DNA of 64,000 nucleotides from a virus, in the IMG/VR virus record IMGVR_UViG_3300027932_000001, positions 105-64,104 of that record; one strand, given 5' to 3'. Below the pieces are notes generated by a model that saw nothing but the letters and a program-made list of their open reading frames with translations, was not told where the DNA came from and did not search any database. This document shows positions 1-10,526 of the stretch, one piece after another. The stretch's first letter is position 1; each line of letters starts with the position of its first letter. The translations under genes were made by a program, and so were the position numbers.

Positions 1-1
1 A

Positions 2-1537
2 AATATGGACAAACCCGAAGTCTTTCATTATTACGAATTTTGTGTCCCTACCACATACACATGCAGTAGCATTAAGTTCGTAAATTCCAGGAATAAGTGG
101 TAAATCCACACTTATATGCCCTGGTATAACAAAAGAATACCCAGTGTTTATTATCGGCGGAGACGAGTAATTGTATTTCAGAATTATTATGTAATCATAA
201 ATAATGTATATTCCGTACCCGTGGGAATAGAATAAATTTGTAGTGTTAAGTGATTGCCAAAAGAAATCGTTCACAGTATCAACTGCGACATAGCATATGC
301 TAGTATTGAACTTTCCTAAACAGAACATTACCATGTAATTATTATGCTCAAATGAATAGTTACTATACACCAGTTCTGTATCCCCTATAACTAGAGGATA
401 ATTGTCAGGTAGATAAGTCCTCGGATAGAATTCTGGCATATTATTTTGCACTAATATTGTTGCGTTTCTTGGGATGATATTCACGACGTAGCATAGTTCT
501 CTAACGTTATTAGGTGTGAAGAACACTGCAGGGTAGTTAGCATATGGGTAAAATGGCGAAACGTATGAGAACATGAAGAATGAGAAGAATGTTAATAATA
601 TTATTGAAATACTAATTATTTCCTTTATCCTAAATTTAGATATAGCGTCTATGAACGCTATAAATACAGCATAAGTATACAATGAAGAATATTGGAATAT
701 GAAAAGCTTAGGAAAAACGAACCCAGCGGAGCACGTTATGAAAATAAGCACAGTATATGGAACCAAGTTTATTATAAAGTAACTTAATAACGGAACCATG
801 CTGAACGGAAGTAATAATATCGGTATTGTTAGGATTTTATCTATGAGAGGTATTCTGTAACTAGGCGTTGCGTCTAATTTGGCTTCTTTCTCTATTCCAG
901 GGATTATTGTAGGACAGACGTTTGACATGATATAACTTGCTACCAGGATTATTACAGATACTGCAAGCACGTATTTGTTAATTTTCACATTCTTTCTGAA
1001 TACTAACTCTACTGCAGAGTAGAAGACTATCAGTATAACGAAAGGAAATCTAACTAGGGATGCAAGAATTGAGAAGATTATGCTTAGTATCTTGTTATTC
1101 TTAAGTGTGAAGTAATACATAGAGAAGAAAAATAATGTAAACAGAGATTGAAAGTGGTAAGGGAAGAAATAATTGCCCCACAACGGTGCGTATAGCATAA
1201 ATAGTGTGACAGTAAGTATCCTTAGTTTTTCATCCTTCAACTTAATTTTTGTTATATAATATAGTGGAATTATTGCAAGACCTACTGATAACGCTTGTAA
1301 TAGTATCAAACTGTTAACGTTAGTTGGTACAAAGAATAAGATGAATCTATCACCCTGGTAAAGAATAGTAGATATGAAGAACGTAAGACTGCCATGGCAG
1401 TTGTGGATATTATATAGTGTCTGTAATGCGTGACCCATATCCCAGACTGGGATATTAAGTGAATAATATTCGAAAAACATTATGACATATACTAACATAG
1501 AGTAAGAAATTGAAACGACAAAAATGCGGGTTTGCAT
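2..1537 (-). CDS. Multi-pass membrane protein, DUF2079-like (GT-C fold glycosyltransferase candidate); runs off window start
   Basis: Not in ORF track. Hand translation from ATG at 1537: MQTRIFVVSIS...VWDMGHALQTLY...LILLQALSVGLAIIPLYY...LYAPLWGNYFFPYHFQSLF; hydrophobic, and the frame is still open at position 2 in the parts I translated. Confidence 0.6.
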   Translation of the reverse strand, partial: MQTRIFVVSISYSMLVYVIMFFEYYSLNIPVWDMGHALQTLYNIHNCHGSLTFFISTILYQGDRFILFFVPTNVNSLILLQALSVGLAIIPLYYITKIKLKDEKLRILTVTLFMLYAPLWGNYFFPYHFQSLFTLFFFSMYYFTLKNNKILSIIFSILASLVRFPFVILIVFYSAVELVFRKNVKINKYVLAVSVIILVASYIMSNVCPTIIPGIEKEAKLDATPSYRIPLIDKILTIPILLLPFSMVPLLSYFIINLVPYTVLIFITCSAGFVFPKLFIFQYSSLYTYAVFIAFIDAISKFRIKEIISISIILLTFFSFFMFSYVSPFYPYANYPAVFFTPNNVRELCYVVNIIPRNATILVQNNMPEFYPRTYLPDNYPLVIGDTELVYSNYSFEHNNYMVMFCLGKFNTSICYVAVDTVNDFFWQSLNTTNLFYSHGYGIYIIYDYIIILKYNYSSPPIINTGYSFVIPGHISVDLPLIPGIYELNATACVCGRDTKFVIMKDFGFVHI

Positions 1538-1587
1538 GAGAGCTTTATTTGCTATATATATTTATTCTGATGTGTGCAATCAAACAT

Positions 1588-1830
1588 ATGAAAATCGGTA
1601 GATATAAGGTAGAGTGCGACGATGAGTTCTGTTACATTACCAATCCAGACGGGAAAGTAACTACAATAGACAAGGACAATTTTAGCACATTCGCTAAAAA
1701 CTTAGCAAGAACTATAGCATTAGAAAAAATACCAGTGAACGAAATAGAGAATTATGATAAGAGAAAATTAGATGAAATGACTAACCGCATCTATTCCCAA
1801 ATGATGAGATCAGTAATGTATAACACCTGA
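1588..1830 (+). CDS. Small hypothetical protein
   Basis: ORF track 1549-1830; likely ATG at 1588 (MKIGRYKVEC). Confidence 0.6.
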   Translation: MKIGRYKVECDDEFCYITNPDGKVTTIDKDNFSTFAKNLARTIALEKIPVNEIENYDKRKLDEMTNRIYSQMMRSVMYNT

Positions 1831-1848
1831 AAACACAGATGTGTTTTC
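1829..1848. promoter_or_regulatory. Dispersed palindrome copy 1
   Basis: gaaaacacagatgtgttttc, upstream of the 1894 gene. Confidence 0.7.
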
Positions 1849-1893
1849 AAAAGTTTTTTCTCTACTTTTAATATCGTTCTTAACAATACACAT

Positions 1894-2712
1894 ATGCCAC
1901 AACCACCTCCTAACTCTACACCACCTCATGTTTCTACTGCACCACCCCCAACAATACACGTAAGCCCTACATCTGCGGTAACTAGCCTTTTTTCTTTCAA
2001 TTTTTTGTCAATTATACTTATTGCAGTAGTAGTAGGATTCGCAATGATGTTACTGATTATTAAGCTGAAGTCTCGCCGTAATGTCCAGTTGTTTGATGTT
2101 AATGCAAGGAACGCCGACGCTATATTTCTAGTAGTTCAGAAAAAAACCAAAAAGGTAATTCTTGTACCCGCAAGGTATATAGCGACAGGTCTCTTCATAG
2201 GTAACACGAGTGATAATGACATTTATATTATAGCAGTAAAGCCTGACATAACTCCATTTTACATTCATGGTATAAACAAACCATTCTATTTTGCTGTTGG
2301 CGAGACCACAGTATTCCTGACGATGAATTTGTATACATTGTCAGACCTAGCTACTGCTAGGATTTTCAGTGACAAAAGCTTCTCTGAGTTGGTAGCAGAT
2401 ATCCTTTCAGGGTCTACTCAGTATACTTCAAACTTTGTCGTAGGTCAATACAAGCTTGCTATAACTACAGACCTATCTAGCGTACTAGATGACTACCTCA
2501 TATCACTACAAACCAGCAGTGCAGAGAATATAATCCACTTACTTACAAGTGCTGGTAACGAAATAACTAATCTGCAGAAGATATCATTAGCAAAGCAGAA
2601 GTTACAAACAGTATTAGCAACAAATAGGACTAAGTTAATTCTTGCACTAGCGTTAACTATCCCGATAATCCTAGCATTCGTATACATATTACTACACATA
2701 GTAGGGAAGTAA
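1894..2712 (+). CDS. Membrane protein with Pro/Thr-rich N-terminus and two TM segments
   Basis: Hydrophobic stretches near both ends. Confidence 0.7.
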   Translation: MPQPPPNSTPPHVSTAPPPTIHVSPTSAVTSLFSFNFLSIILIAVVVGFAMMLLIIKLKSRRNVQLFDVNARNADAIFLVVQKKTKKVILVPARYIATGLFIGNTSDNDIYIIAVKPDITPFYIHGINKPFYFAVGETTVFLTMNLYTLSDLATARIFSDKSFSELVADILSGSTQYTSNFVVGQYKLAITTDLSSVLDDYLISLQTSSAENIIHLLTSAGNEITNLQKISLAKQKLQTVLATNRTKLILALALTIPIILAFVYILLHIVGK

Positions 2713-2714
2713 AA

Positions 2715-4271
2715 ATGACTGAAGTTTGCCAAAAAATCTACACTACAAGAAAAATAAAACAAGGTGAGGAAGTAAATACTGTAGATAGTACAATACTTTA
2801 TGCAATACCAGACCCATGTATTTACAATGAATATATAACTAAAGTTGTGAAAATAATTAAACCATTAACGTATGAGGTTACGGAACTGCACGATAATGTA
2901 ATAATAAAGTTAAGTAATGGAGATTTTTACATATTTCCAAAAGAAATATACAATGTATTTAAAGAATTAGTAAATAAAAAGAAAGGTAACTCTAACATAT
3001 TATTATACGGTGCACCAGGCACTGGAAAGACGTCGTTCGCAGAGCTGTTGGCAAAGGTAAAAGGTTGGAAGCTACGTTATGTAGGTACTGAGATTTTATC
3101 AAAATATGTAGGAGAAACAGAAAATGAGCTGAGAAATATTTTCATCAAAGCTATTCGTAGTCAACCAATCATACTGTTCTTCGATGATGCGGAGTGGATA
3201 ATAACAAAAAGGGATCTTACGTCAGAAGATAAGAACCACACGCTTTATACAAATTTAATGAACTTAATGCTGAAATATCTAAACTTGTATAACGTTAAGA
3301 ATTATGATATAATAGTAATACTTGCAACAAACGTTAAAATAGACACGATAGACCCAGCATTAATTAGCAGAGTAAAGGAGAAGGTTTACTACACATTACC
3401 AGACCTAGAAGCAGTGTCTGCATATTTGAAAATAAAGGGAATTAGTAGTATCAGCATAAACGGTATAGAGTATAAGAGTGCAGACGATATAGCACGCTAC
3501 TTCGTGAATAATGGTATGAGTTTTAGGGATATCTCACTTTTTGTACGTTCTCCAGAGACTTTTACAATAGTTAACAAGGATGTGGCAAGGCGTGTAGTGA
3601 GCATGAGAAACCAGGATATTAAGTCCCTACTTGAAATGAAGGATTCGTTAAGCGAAATAGTTACATGCGAGATGCCTATAAAGATCTTAATTACAACGAG
3701 ATATCCGCTCACAGTAAAAGCCATAATCAGTTCAATCCTAGTTGACGTTTGTAATTATATAATATTCCAGCCTACAATAGATTCATCGATAAAGGAATTC
3801 TTATTCAATATTGAAATGTATAGAAAGTCTATAGTATTAGTCGAACAGCCTTTACTCGTTGATAATAGCAAACTGTCTGGTCTGGCAGAGATAATTTCCG
3901 ATTATCATAAGAACGTCATTATGTTCACGCAACAAAATTCAAATTTCGATAAAATAGCACAATCATATATGTACACGGTAGACGACCAGAAGATAGTATC
4001 ATCAATTAGGAAATATATGTCATCCTCACTACTTGACGAAAGGATAAAAAGAGCGAAAAACTTCATTAGAGCCGTATTGAATTTTTATGGCATAGATGTA
4101 AAAGAAATTATACTAAGAGGCGAAGTATCTAGTAAACAGACATTTGAGGACATTGCTGGGATAGAAGTGAGAATAGCTGACTCATACGACGATACTTCAA
4201 TTTCAAAATTCCTATACGGTTTCGAAAACTTTCTAAAGAAACCCTCCTTTAAAAACCCAAATAAATATTAG
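2715..4271 (+). CDS. AAA+ ATPase (CDC48/FtsH-like AAA module)
   Basis: Walker A GAPGTGKT, SKYVGETE, Walker B ILFFDDAE, ATN...IDPALISR. Confidence 0.9.
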   Translation: MTEVCQKIYTTRKIKQGEEVNTVDSTILYAIPDPCIYNEYITKVVKIIKPLTYEVTELHDNVIIKLSNGDFYIFPKEIYNVFKELVNKKKGNSNILLYGAPGTGKTSFAELLAKVKGWKLRYVGTEILSKYVGETENELRNIFIKAIRSQPIILFFDDAEWIITKRDLTSEDKNHTLYTNLMNLMLKYLNLYNVKNYDIIVILATNVKIDTIDPALISRVKEKVYYTLPDLEAVSAYLKIKGISSISINGIEYKSADDIARYFVNNGMSFRDISLFVRSPETFTIVNKDVARRVVSMRNQDIKSLLEMKDSLSEIVTCEMPIKILITTRYPLTVKAIISSILVDVCNYIIFQPTIDSSIKEFLFNIEMYRKSIVLVEQPLLVDNSKLSGLAEIISDYHKNVIMFTQQNSNFDKIAQSYMYTVDDQKIVSSIRKYMSSSLLDERIKRAKNFIRAVLNFYGIDVKEIILRGEVSSKQTFEDIAGIEVRIADSYDDTSISKFLYGFENFLKKPSFKNPNKY

Positions 4272-4294
4272 GGTATTTTTTCCAATTAAAATAT

Positions 4295-5362
4295 ATGTAT
4301 AATGTTCTTCTTAAAGTTTCATTACTAAACGATTTAAAAATATACGACCCTATCTTCAATTTATTTCCAAGAGATCAGCGTATAATGGAAGAACTAAAGG
4401 TAAGCATAAAAAAAGATGGGTTAAGGGAACCTATAGTTGTAGACGCAGACAATTATATAATAGACGGAATGACGAGATACCTCGTACTAAAAGAGTTAGC
4501 TAAGGAGAGCGATGAATATTCTAAAGTCCTCACGCTTCAATATAGAGACTTAAAAATAACCAAGGATCCGCAAACTGCAAAGTTGTTAGCACTTGTTCTA
4601 AATGTAATAAGAAGACCGATGAAACTCGAGGAGCTCGTTAATTATATTGAGGAGATATATAAGATCAGAGAATCAACTAATCAAACAGCGAGGATAGATA
4701 ATGATATAGATAAGAAGATAGAGGAAACACTTCAAAACATTACAAAAAAGAAGATACCTATCGATGACGTTAAATATATGGTGTTATGGGTAAAATCACA
4801 TTACCCGCATATTTATAATTATACAAAAAAGAAAGGAATAGTATTTAATAAGAAGGAAATAGAGAAATTATTGAGTTTAACTAAGAATTTTGCTAATGAT
4901 TTCACTGATGAAGATTTAGATTTAATTTTCTCAAATATCCGCAAGGTTATTACAGATTATTATGCTGAACTTAAAGATGCTAAGGATGCTAGGGAATTTA
5001 TGTCAAAACTTAGCGAATTATTAGAAAGAGAAAAAGCTAGAAAAACGGAGAAATTGAGTGCGAAGATAGAAAAGAAAAGGAGTGATTACCGTAGGGACGA
5101 CCATAAGGAAAACGATAATAAGAAAGAAGAAATTAGGATAGAGAAAAATAGTAAAGCAGACCAACAGCAACATATTAGCAAGGAAGAACTTTGTAAATAT
5201 ATTGACTTAGCATCTTTTAGAAAATTTATAGATAAAATTGAGGAGAAAGTTAAGAAGAATGAGGAAGTTGAGATAGATAGGGATCTTTTCTATTCTATCA
5301 AAACGATACTTGAAAATGAGTTATCTGACGGAACCGCCTTTAAATACTTCAAGGTGGTTTGA
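4295..5362 (+). CDS. ParB/Srx N-terminal domain protein
   Basis: SIKKDGLREPIVVDADNYIIDGMTRY motif. Confidence 0.8.
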   Translation: MYNVLLKVSLLNDLKIYDPIFNLFPRDQRIMEELKVSIKKDGLREPIVVDADNYIIDGMTRYLVLKELAKESDEYSKVLTLQYRDLKITKDPQTAKLLALVLNVIRRPMKLEELVNYIEEIYKIRESTNQTARIDNDIDKKIEETLQNITKKKIPIDDVKYMVLWVKSHYPHIYNYTKKKGIVFNKKEIEKLLSLTKNFANDFTDEDLDLIFSNIRKVITDYYAELKDAKDAREFMSKLSELLEREKARKTEKLSAKIEKKRSDYRRDDHKENDNKKEEIRIEKNSKADQQQHISKEELCKYIDLASFRKFIDKIEEKVKKNEEVEIDRDLFYSIKTILENELSDGTAFKYFKVV

Positions 5363-5605
5363 ATGTCTCCGTTCACTGTATTTGTTTTAGTATTTGCGAT
5401 GGCTTTTGCAACAATTATTATATTTGACGTGATTTATTTTTTACAATTACAATACGCCCACACCATAACCATTGTAAACGGACAGCAGTACGCTAACGAT
5501 TACTTCGCAACGCTATCCAGATTCGTAATATATCTCAATGTGTTCGCAATAATAGGTTTTATTCTGTCTATAGTTATATTAATAATGTACTATAAGTCAC
5601 GTTGA
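5363..5605 (+). CDS. Small two-TM hairpin membrane/virion protein
   Basis: Two hydrophobic helices, basic C-terminus. Confidence 0.65.
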   Translation: MSPFTVFVLVFAMAFATIIIFDVIYFLQLQYAHTITIVNGQQYANDYFATLSRFVIYLNVFAIIGFILSIVILIMYYKSR

Positions 5606-6366
5606 ACGACTAATGGCTTCACATTGAATGTAAATTTTGCAAGGATGTAAGATTTTTTATACAATTTTGTTCTGTTTAGGTGTGAATTCATCGGTAATAA
5701 TGCTAAAAATGCATATGCTAGGTGTTTCATATCGCTTAACATATGTTCGTCTGCAGGTAAACCGTCAAGTGGGCATACTCCACTATTATGCTCTGTAAAG
5801 TAGTGTAATTGCAATTCTGATAAGGTTTGTGATTTATACCCGCATACAGGGCATTCGTATTCGTGAGAACCATAGATGTAATGTGTAAGGTTAACGCTTC
5901 TTAGTAAATGTATCTTATCCGCTTTACCCCACACTACAATACGTCTAGACGCAGTACTAGTTACATATAGATCTTCATCCCCAATAAGGTTCCTCAGGAT
6001 ATATTCAAGAATATCTCGTTCTATGCCAGCGACGTTAACACTTAGTATTAACCTAGTGTACGTTGAATCCAATTTCATTAACTTAATTATTACATGTAAT
6101 TTTCTAGAAATAGTGTTTTCTTTCATTGACAAATCTAGCTTAGCGTTTTTCTCTATTTCATTATCAAGCCTTAATATTCTAGGTATGTACGGCTTGTCTA
6201 TCTCGCTTAGGACTCTTATGAAATCTCTATATTTCGGTATATGTATACTAATAACGTTATTCTTACCGTCAAATTTGACGTTAGGATATACGCCAATCGA
6301 AGAAAAGAAGAGGTAAGCTTTCAGTTCATCTATTTCGTCGACATCATGCATTGTAATTACGATCAT
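5590..6366 (-). CDS. C2H2 zinc-finger protein
   Basis: YECPVCGYKSQTLSELQLHYFTEH followed by CPLD...H. Confidence 0.75.
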   Translation of the reverse strand: MIVITMHDVDEIDELKAYLFFSSIGVYPNVKFDGKNNVISIHIPKYRDFIRVLSEIDKPYIPRILRLDNEIEKNAKLDLSMKENTISRKLHVIIKLMKLDSTYTRLILSVNVAGIERDILEYILRNLIGDEDLYVTSTASRRIVVWGKADKIHLLRSVNLTHYIYGSHEYECPVCGYKSQTLSELQLHYFTEHNSGVCPLDGLPADEHMLSDMKHLAYAFLALLPMNSHLNRTKLYKKSYILAKFTFNVKPLVVQRDL

Positions 6367-6371
6367 ATGTT

Positions 6372-6968
6372 TTACTTGAAATGCGTTTTAATAAACAGTA
6401 GTATCTGCATTAATTTCTCTGCAATTGTATATTTACCCTCAGTATAGTCATTGAAATGTAGCACGTCAGTTATATTATTCTCGTTTATTCCAGTTAGTTT
6501 CGTAACCTCCTCATATATCATGCTGTCCTTTATTCTTATTAGTAAGGCTTTTGTTTCAATTACTGCTAACTCGAATTGCTTGATCGAGTCCCTTACGTTC
6601 TTAGTTGTGAACGCTTCTTCAACTCTCTTCATTATTCTGTCAGACTCATTGATCACACTATCTATATTATATGTGCTTATATCCCCCTCAATTCCATCGA
6701 TTATGCTACTATCTACAGAAGACAAAGAGTTCATTTTTCTTGCAAGATTTATACAAAACGATTTAATTACCTTGGATTGTTGTTGTTTTGTACTAGCAAG
6801 CATCAACTCTTTCTTTGTATTGTTAAGTATAGTGTCAACCCCAGGTATTGGTGAGGATAAAATAATCAGCTTATAGAACGATTGAACAGGATGAAGGTCT
6901 ATTTCATTTGAGAGGCATACGTCAACAATTTTAGAGAAAAGCTCTTCCAATTGCGTGTAATTCTGCAT
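6372..6968 (-). CDS. Hypothetical helical protein
   Basis: 198-aa ORF in tight minus-strand operon. Confidence 0.65.
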   Translation of the reverse strand: MQNYTQLEELFSKIVDVCLSNEIDLHPVQSFYKLIILSSPIPGVDTILNNTKKELMLASTKQQQSKVIKSFCINLARKMNSLSSVDSSIIDGIEGDISTYNIDSVINESDRIMKRVEEAFTTKNVRDSIKQFELAVIETKALLIRIKDSMIYEEVTKLTGINENNITDVLHFNDYTEGKYTIAEKLMQILLFIKTHFK

Positions 6969-6994
6969 AACTGATTTTTAGATATCTAGAATAA

Positions 6995-7489
6995 ATGCAG
7001 TTGATGGGTATAATAGTTATCAATAATAAGGAAAAATTAAGAGAGTTTGTTCCTCCTTTAGACGCTGAAATTCTTACAATCAAGTGTAATTTTGAGAATG
7101 AAATAATGAAGAACATCTGTTACTCTCATGTATCAACCAGGATGGTGATGCAAGGATATACGACCTTTAGAATCGCAGAGGGGATATTAGGAGATAGTAG
7201 TGAGTTTGAAATTTACCCTAATATCTACCCTTTACCAGTTACGCTATACGGAAAAGGGAACATAATAAAGTGCGAACTAGGTGGAGATAAGGAAATAAGT
7301 GAATATATTAATAAATTAAAAACCGATGGCATCCTGATACTACACGGGAAAGGGAACTGCATATGTAATGCTGTGCTGAGCTATTATTTTTCAAGCAGTA
7401 ACGATATCGTTATTATGACAGACATTGTAGATAATAAGATCATGGGTGTCTTATCAAAAAGTCTTAAAAAAGTAATTATTTTTTATTAG
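6995..7489 (+). CDS. Hypothetical protein
   Basis: 164-aa ORF, divergent from 6968. Confidence 0.6.
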   Translation: MQLMGIIVINNKEKLREFVPPLDAEILTIKCNFENEIMKNICYSHVSTRMVMQGYTTFRIAEGILGDSSEFEIYPNIYPLPVTLYGKGNIIKCELGGDKEISEYINKLKTDGILILHGKGNCICNAVLSYYFSSSNDIVIMTDIVDNKIMGVLSKSLKKVIIFY

Positions 7490-7528
7490 TCTACCGAATT
7501 TGCCCGAACGTTCGTGCAATTTTGTACA

Positions 7529-8110
7529 TTAACTAAAGAATATCTGATCCTGTTTTGAATGTGTATATAAAGATCTTAGAGATATAAATATTGTATAATT
7601 ACGCAAAGTTGTTATGTCCGTTTTACTGAATAGTAATAATTTTGTTTTAAGCCTCTCTTCTCCGTTCTCATCATTCACATATTTCTTATAGTCAAATCCT
7701 TCAGAAATATTATAATTCTCATCAATAGTGCATAAATATCTCTCGCCACACATTAATAGAAGCTTCCTTATCGTATTAACAGATAAATCCTTATTTTTCT
7801 TTTGAGTTTTAATAGAATAATTTATTGCTTTTTTTGTCAATCTTGTAGTATAATAGAAGAATACAGTATTATGAGTTGTGTTATTATAGAGTAATATGAA
7901 CATTTTTAGGACGTCTAGGTCGTCAATAAACGCTTTATTAAAACTGAAGTTTTTCCTCTGCTTCCCAAATACTATAAACCCAAAACCGAATTTACTCCTT
8001 ACAAACGACGTAGCATTCCACGTTATTTTTTTATCTAAAAGGAACGTATGAGCGACATACTTTACATACGGGGAATAGTCTATGTTGTTCTTTTTCCTTA
8101 GGAACAACAT
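7529..8110 (-). CDS. Basic hypothetical protein
   Basis: 193-aa Lys-rich ORF. Confidence 0.6.
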   Translation of the reverse strand: MLFLRKKNNIDYSPYVKYVAHTFLLDKKITWNATSFVRSKFGFGFIVFGKQRKNFSFNKAFIDDLDVLKMFILLYNNTTHNTVFFYYTTRLTKKAINYSIKTQKKNKDLSVNTIRKLLLMCGERYLCTIDENYNISEGFDYKKYVNDENGEERLKTKLLLFSKTDITTLRNYTIFISLRSLYTHSKQDQIFFS

Positions 8111-8120
8111 TTTCTCATCC

Positions 8121-8588
8121 TCACAGGTCTAATTTACTGAACTCTAATTCCGACATGTTTACTCTGTCTGTTTGCTTTACGGTGTTATGCACTTCAGTAC
8201 ATGGTACAAGGTTAACTGTAATAGATAGTGACCCGCACACCTCTAAGCAGTACTCGTAATTTTTGCCATTATCTACCGCTAAAATTTTGAAAGTACCACA
8301 TTTTTTAGTGTTTTTATCTTCTGAACCAATAAATATTATATCCTTTATCTCTCCAGTACCTGGTACAAGTCTTAAGTTTGAAGGAAGAAACAGGCTAAGT
8401 AACACATATTTTATATAATTTCTCCCCTCTTTAGTTTCAATTTTTTCAAAAATTTTATTTAACACTTCTACTCCGCTCGCATTCATTACCATTTCATTCT
8501 TTAGAAATAATTTTTTCAATATCGGAACAATTTTGTCGTTATCGTCACTAACACGTTTTTTGTTGCTTCCAGGCGTGCCTCCAGGCAT
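8121..8588 (-). CDS. Hypothetical protein
   Basis: 155-aa ORF in operon. Confidence 0.6.
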   Translation of the reverse strand: MPGGTPGSNKKRVSDDNDKIVPILKKLFLKNEMVMNASGVEVLNKIFEKIETKEGRNYIKYVLLSLFLPSNLRLVPGTGEIKDIIFIGSEDKNTKKCGTFKILAVDNGKNYEYCLEVCGSLSITVNLVPCTEVHNTVKQTDRVNMSELEFSKLDL

Positions 8589-8620
8589 ATGCTTAATAAT
8601 ACATTTTATATAATAAGTAG

Positions 8621-8953
8621 TTAAGAACCAGGTTTTCTTATTGCTGTTACATATAAATACAGAAATATTGCAAATAACCCAAGTACTATTATTGTAAGTA
8701 CTATTATAATTTCATTAAGACCTGCTGATGCAATTGAACCATATCCCTGTCTATATTGGGTTGCAAAAGACGACACAACCGAATTATTGAAATTAACATC
8801 CTTATCAGCAGAAGCATTAAGGACATAATGACACTGAACAGATTGTAAAAATGGCACGATAAGGAAATAGATGAAGATTATGGTAGAAATAATTATGCCT
8901 ATAAATATAATAAACCAAAAATATAATGAAAAAGGATTGGAAGAATTACTCAT
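8621..8953 (-). CDS. Small two-TM hairpin membrane/virion protein
   Basis: Two hydrophobic helices, N-glycosylation sequons (NAS, NNS) in the loop. Confidence 0.65.
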   Translation of the reverse strand: MSNSSNPFSLYFWFIIFIGIIISTIIFIYFLIVPFLQSVQCHYVLNASADKDVNFNNSVVSSFATQYRQGYGSIASAGLNEIIIVLTIIVLGLFAIFLYLYVTAIRKPGS

Positions 8954-8960
8954 TTTATCT

Positions 8961-9503
8961 TCACTTTGCTTCGATATGATCTATCCCAAGTACAGTGTGT
9001 TTATACAATTGTGATGTAATCTCTAACGGTAGATTTATTCCTATTATACCCATTATCTCGTTTATTGTCATATGAATAGATATTAAAATTGCAATAGTTA
9101 TTTTTTTCATCTTCTCCATATACATCAAAACATCACTAACGTTCTTCTCTCTAATCGCTTTCCTAATGTTTGCTTGATAATAGGTCATTATTGATGAGTT
9201 TAGTGCCATATAATTATTCACAGCCGACGTGAGAAGTCTTTTGAACGCCTCATCTATACTGCTCGGTGTGACGGAATATTTTATATCGTATTGTTTAAAT
9301 TGATCTGTAATGGTTTTCATAATGTATTTTGCAAGATTTACTACATCTTCCGATGTAGTCCTTATATCTGTATCGTAAATATCTGGAGGCAGATTGTCTT
9401 GGTTTGCGTTATTATACAGTTGTTGGGTCTGCACTGGATCGATTGTAATAAGCTTGAATATTTCGTCCGCAGTTTTCTCATCTTTTTCTTCGTCCTTTGC
9501 CAT
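8961..9503 (-). CDS. Hypothetical protein (likely start MAKDEEK)
   Basis: The upstream part of ORF 8961-9728 is the shadow of the plus-strand gene at 9544. Confidence 0.6.
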   Translation of the reverse strand: MAKDEEKDEKTADEIFKLITIDPVQTQQLYNNANQDNLPPDIYDTDIRTTSEDVVNLAKYIMKTITDQFKQYDIKYSVTPSSIDEAFKRLLTSAVNNYMALNSSIMTYYQANIRKAIREKNVSDVLMYMEKMKKITIAILISIHMTINEIMGIIGINLPLEITSQLYKHTVLGIDHIEAK

Positions 9504-9543
9504 GAGATATAGATTAAAATACCACATTATAAATGTACTATGT

Positions 9544-9891
9544 ATGTCAGCACCATATAGCACTACGACGATTATATTTATACTAATCTTAGCGGGACTT
9601 ATTATAGTACCTTTAGCAATGTTCTTCAGTTTTTCTATATCTACTTCCATTAATACATTAAACAATGTAACAACGCTTATAGCAAAGGACGACAACCAGA
9701 GTATTAACGTTGTATCCAACGGAAACATAAGTATATATTACATTAACGGTTCATATAATCCACCTCAATACCTCGCTGGTTCGTTCTACGTTTATATTGC
9801 ATGTATCTTTAGAAACCCTATAACGCTTGGTGTCCTAATAGGTATATCTATTGTGCTGTCTGCATTATTCTTGAATAAGAAAAACCCCTAA
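9544..9891 (+). CDS. Two-TM hairpin membrane/virion protein
   Basis: MSAPYSTTTIIFILILAGLIIVPL... with an Asn-rich loop carrying sequons and a C-terminal TM. Confidence 0.6.
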   Translation: MSAPYSTTTIIFILILAGLIIVPLAMFFSFSISTSINTLNNVTTLIAKDDNQSINVVSNGNISIYYINGSYNPPQYLAGSFYVYIACIFRNPITLGVLIGISIVLSALFLNKKNP

Positions 9892-9920
9892 TCGCCCGCA
9901 CTTTTGCAGAACTTTGACAA

Positions 9921-9963
9921 AATGAACGGCAAGCCTCACCCTTTAGGGCGTGGAGGAGGTCAG
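9921..9963 (+). mobile_element. IS200/IS605 right-end remnant
   Basis: aatgaacggcaagcctcaccctttagggcgtggaggaggtcag; same motif as at 38430-38480 and 35069-36326. Confidence 0.7.
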
Positions 9964-10066
9964 GAGGAGGAAGTCAGTGGAATGTGAAATCACAGTGGTG
10001 CGGAAAGATGAATTAAGCAAAGCGATATCCTTAAAAACTGTCAAACAAAGCATATCAAGACCTAAA

Positions 10067-10465
10067 ATGGCAAAATACGAGGCAACAAAAGGTGACTATG
10101 CAGGCGGAGTATTAGCAATATTAACACAATACTTCAACAATATGTTTGGTTATCCTGAAATAAGCTTAAAGCTAGCTGGAGAAGAAGCGAATATGAGTAA
10201 AGAAGGAATGATAAGACAGAAACAGATTGTACATGAAATGGTAGAAACTATAAGGAGAGCCTCAGAGCCAATAAGGCAGGGCAGAGGATTCCATGATGCT
10301 TACGTCTATTTCAGTGCAGTACCAGATAACGCACCACCAAACAGTATCGCACTCCCACCACAAGCACAAAATGAAGTTAAAGCTAAATTAACGGCATTAA
10401 TGCAAAAGCTAGCAATGAGAAACCCACAAGGTGTAGCAATCGAAGAGCAAGAATTAGCATCATGA
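10067..10465 (+). CDS. Bicaudavirus coat protein (STSV1 coat / ATV p131-p145 family)
   Basis: [25 protein letters not shown]...LKLAGEEAN...[13 protein letters not shown]...PPQAQ matches the STSV1 coat protein as I recall it. Confidence 0.85.
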   Translation: MAKYEATKGDYAGGVLAILTQYFNNMFGYPEISLKLAGEEANMSKEGMIRQKQIVHEMVETIRRASEPIRQGRGFHDAYVYFSAVPDNAPPNSIALPPQAQNEVKAKLTALMQKLAMRNPQGVAIEEQELAS

Positions 10466-10526
10466 TAAATTTAAGCTATATTTTTTCCTCCAACATCTTT
10501 ATTTCCTCTATTTCTCTCATTAGCTT

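Noticed and set aside
9950-10066. N-terminal extension of the coat protein
   Set aside because: Starts within an IS-end remnant; family similarity begins at MAKYE (10067)
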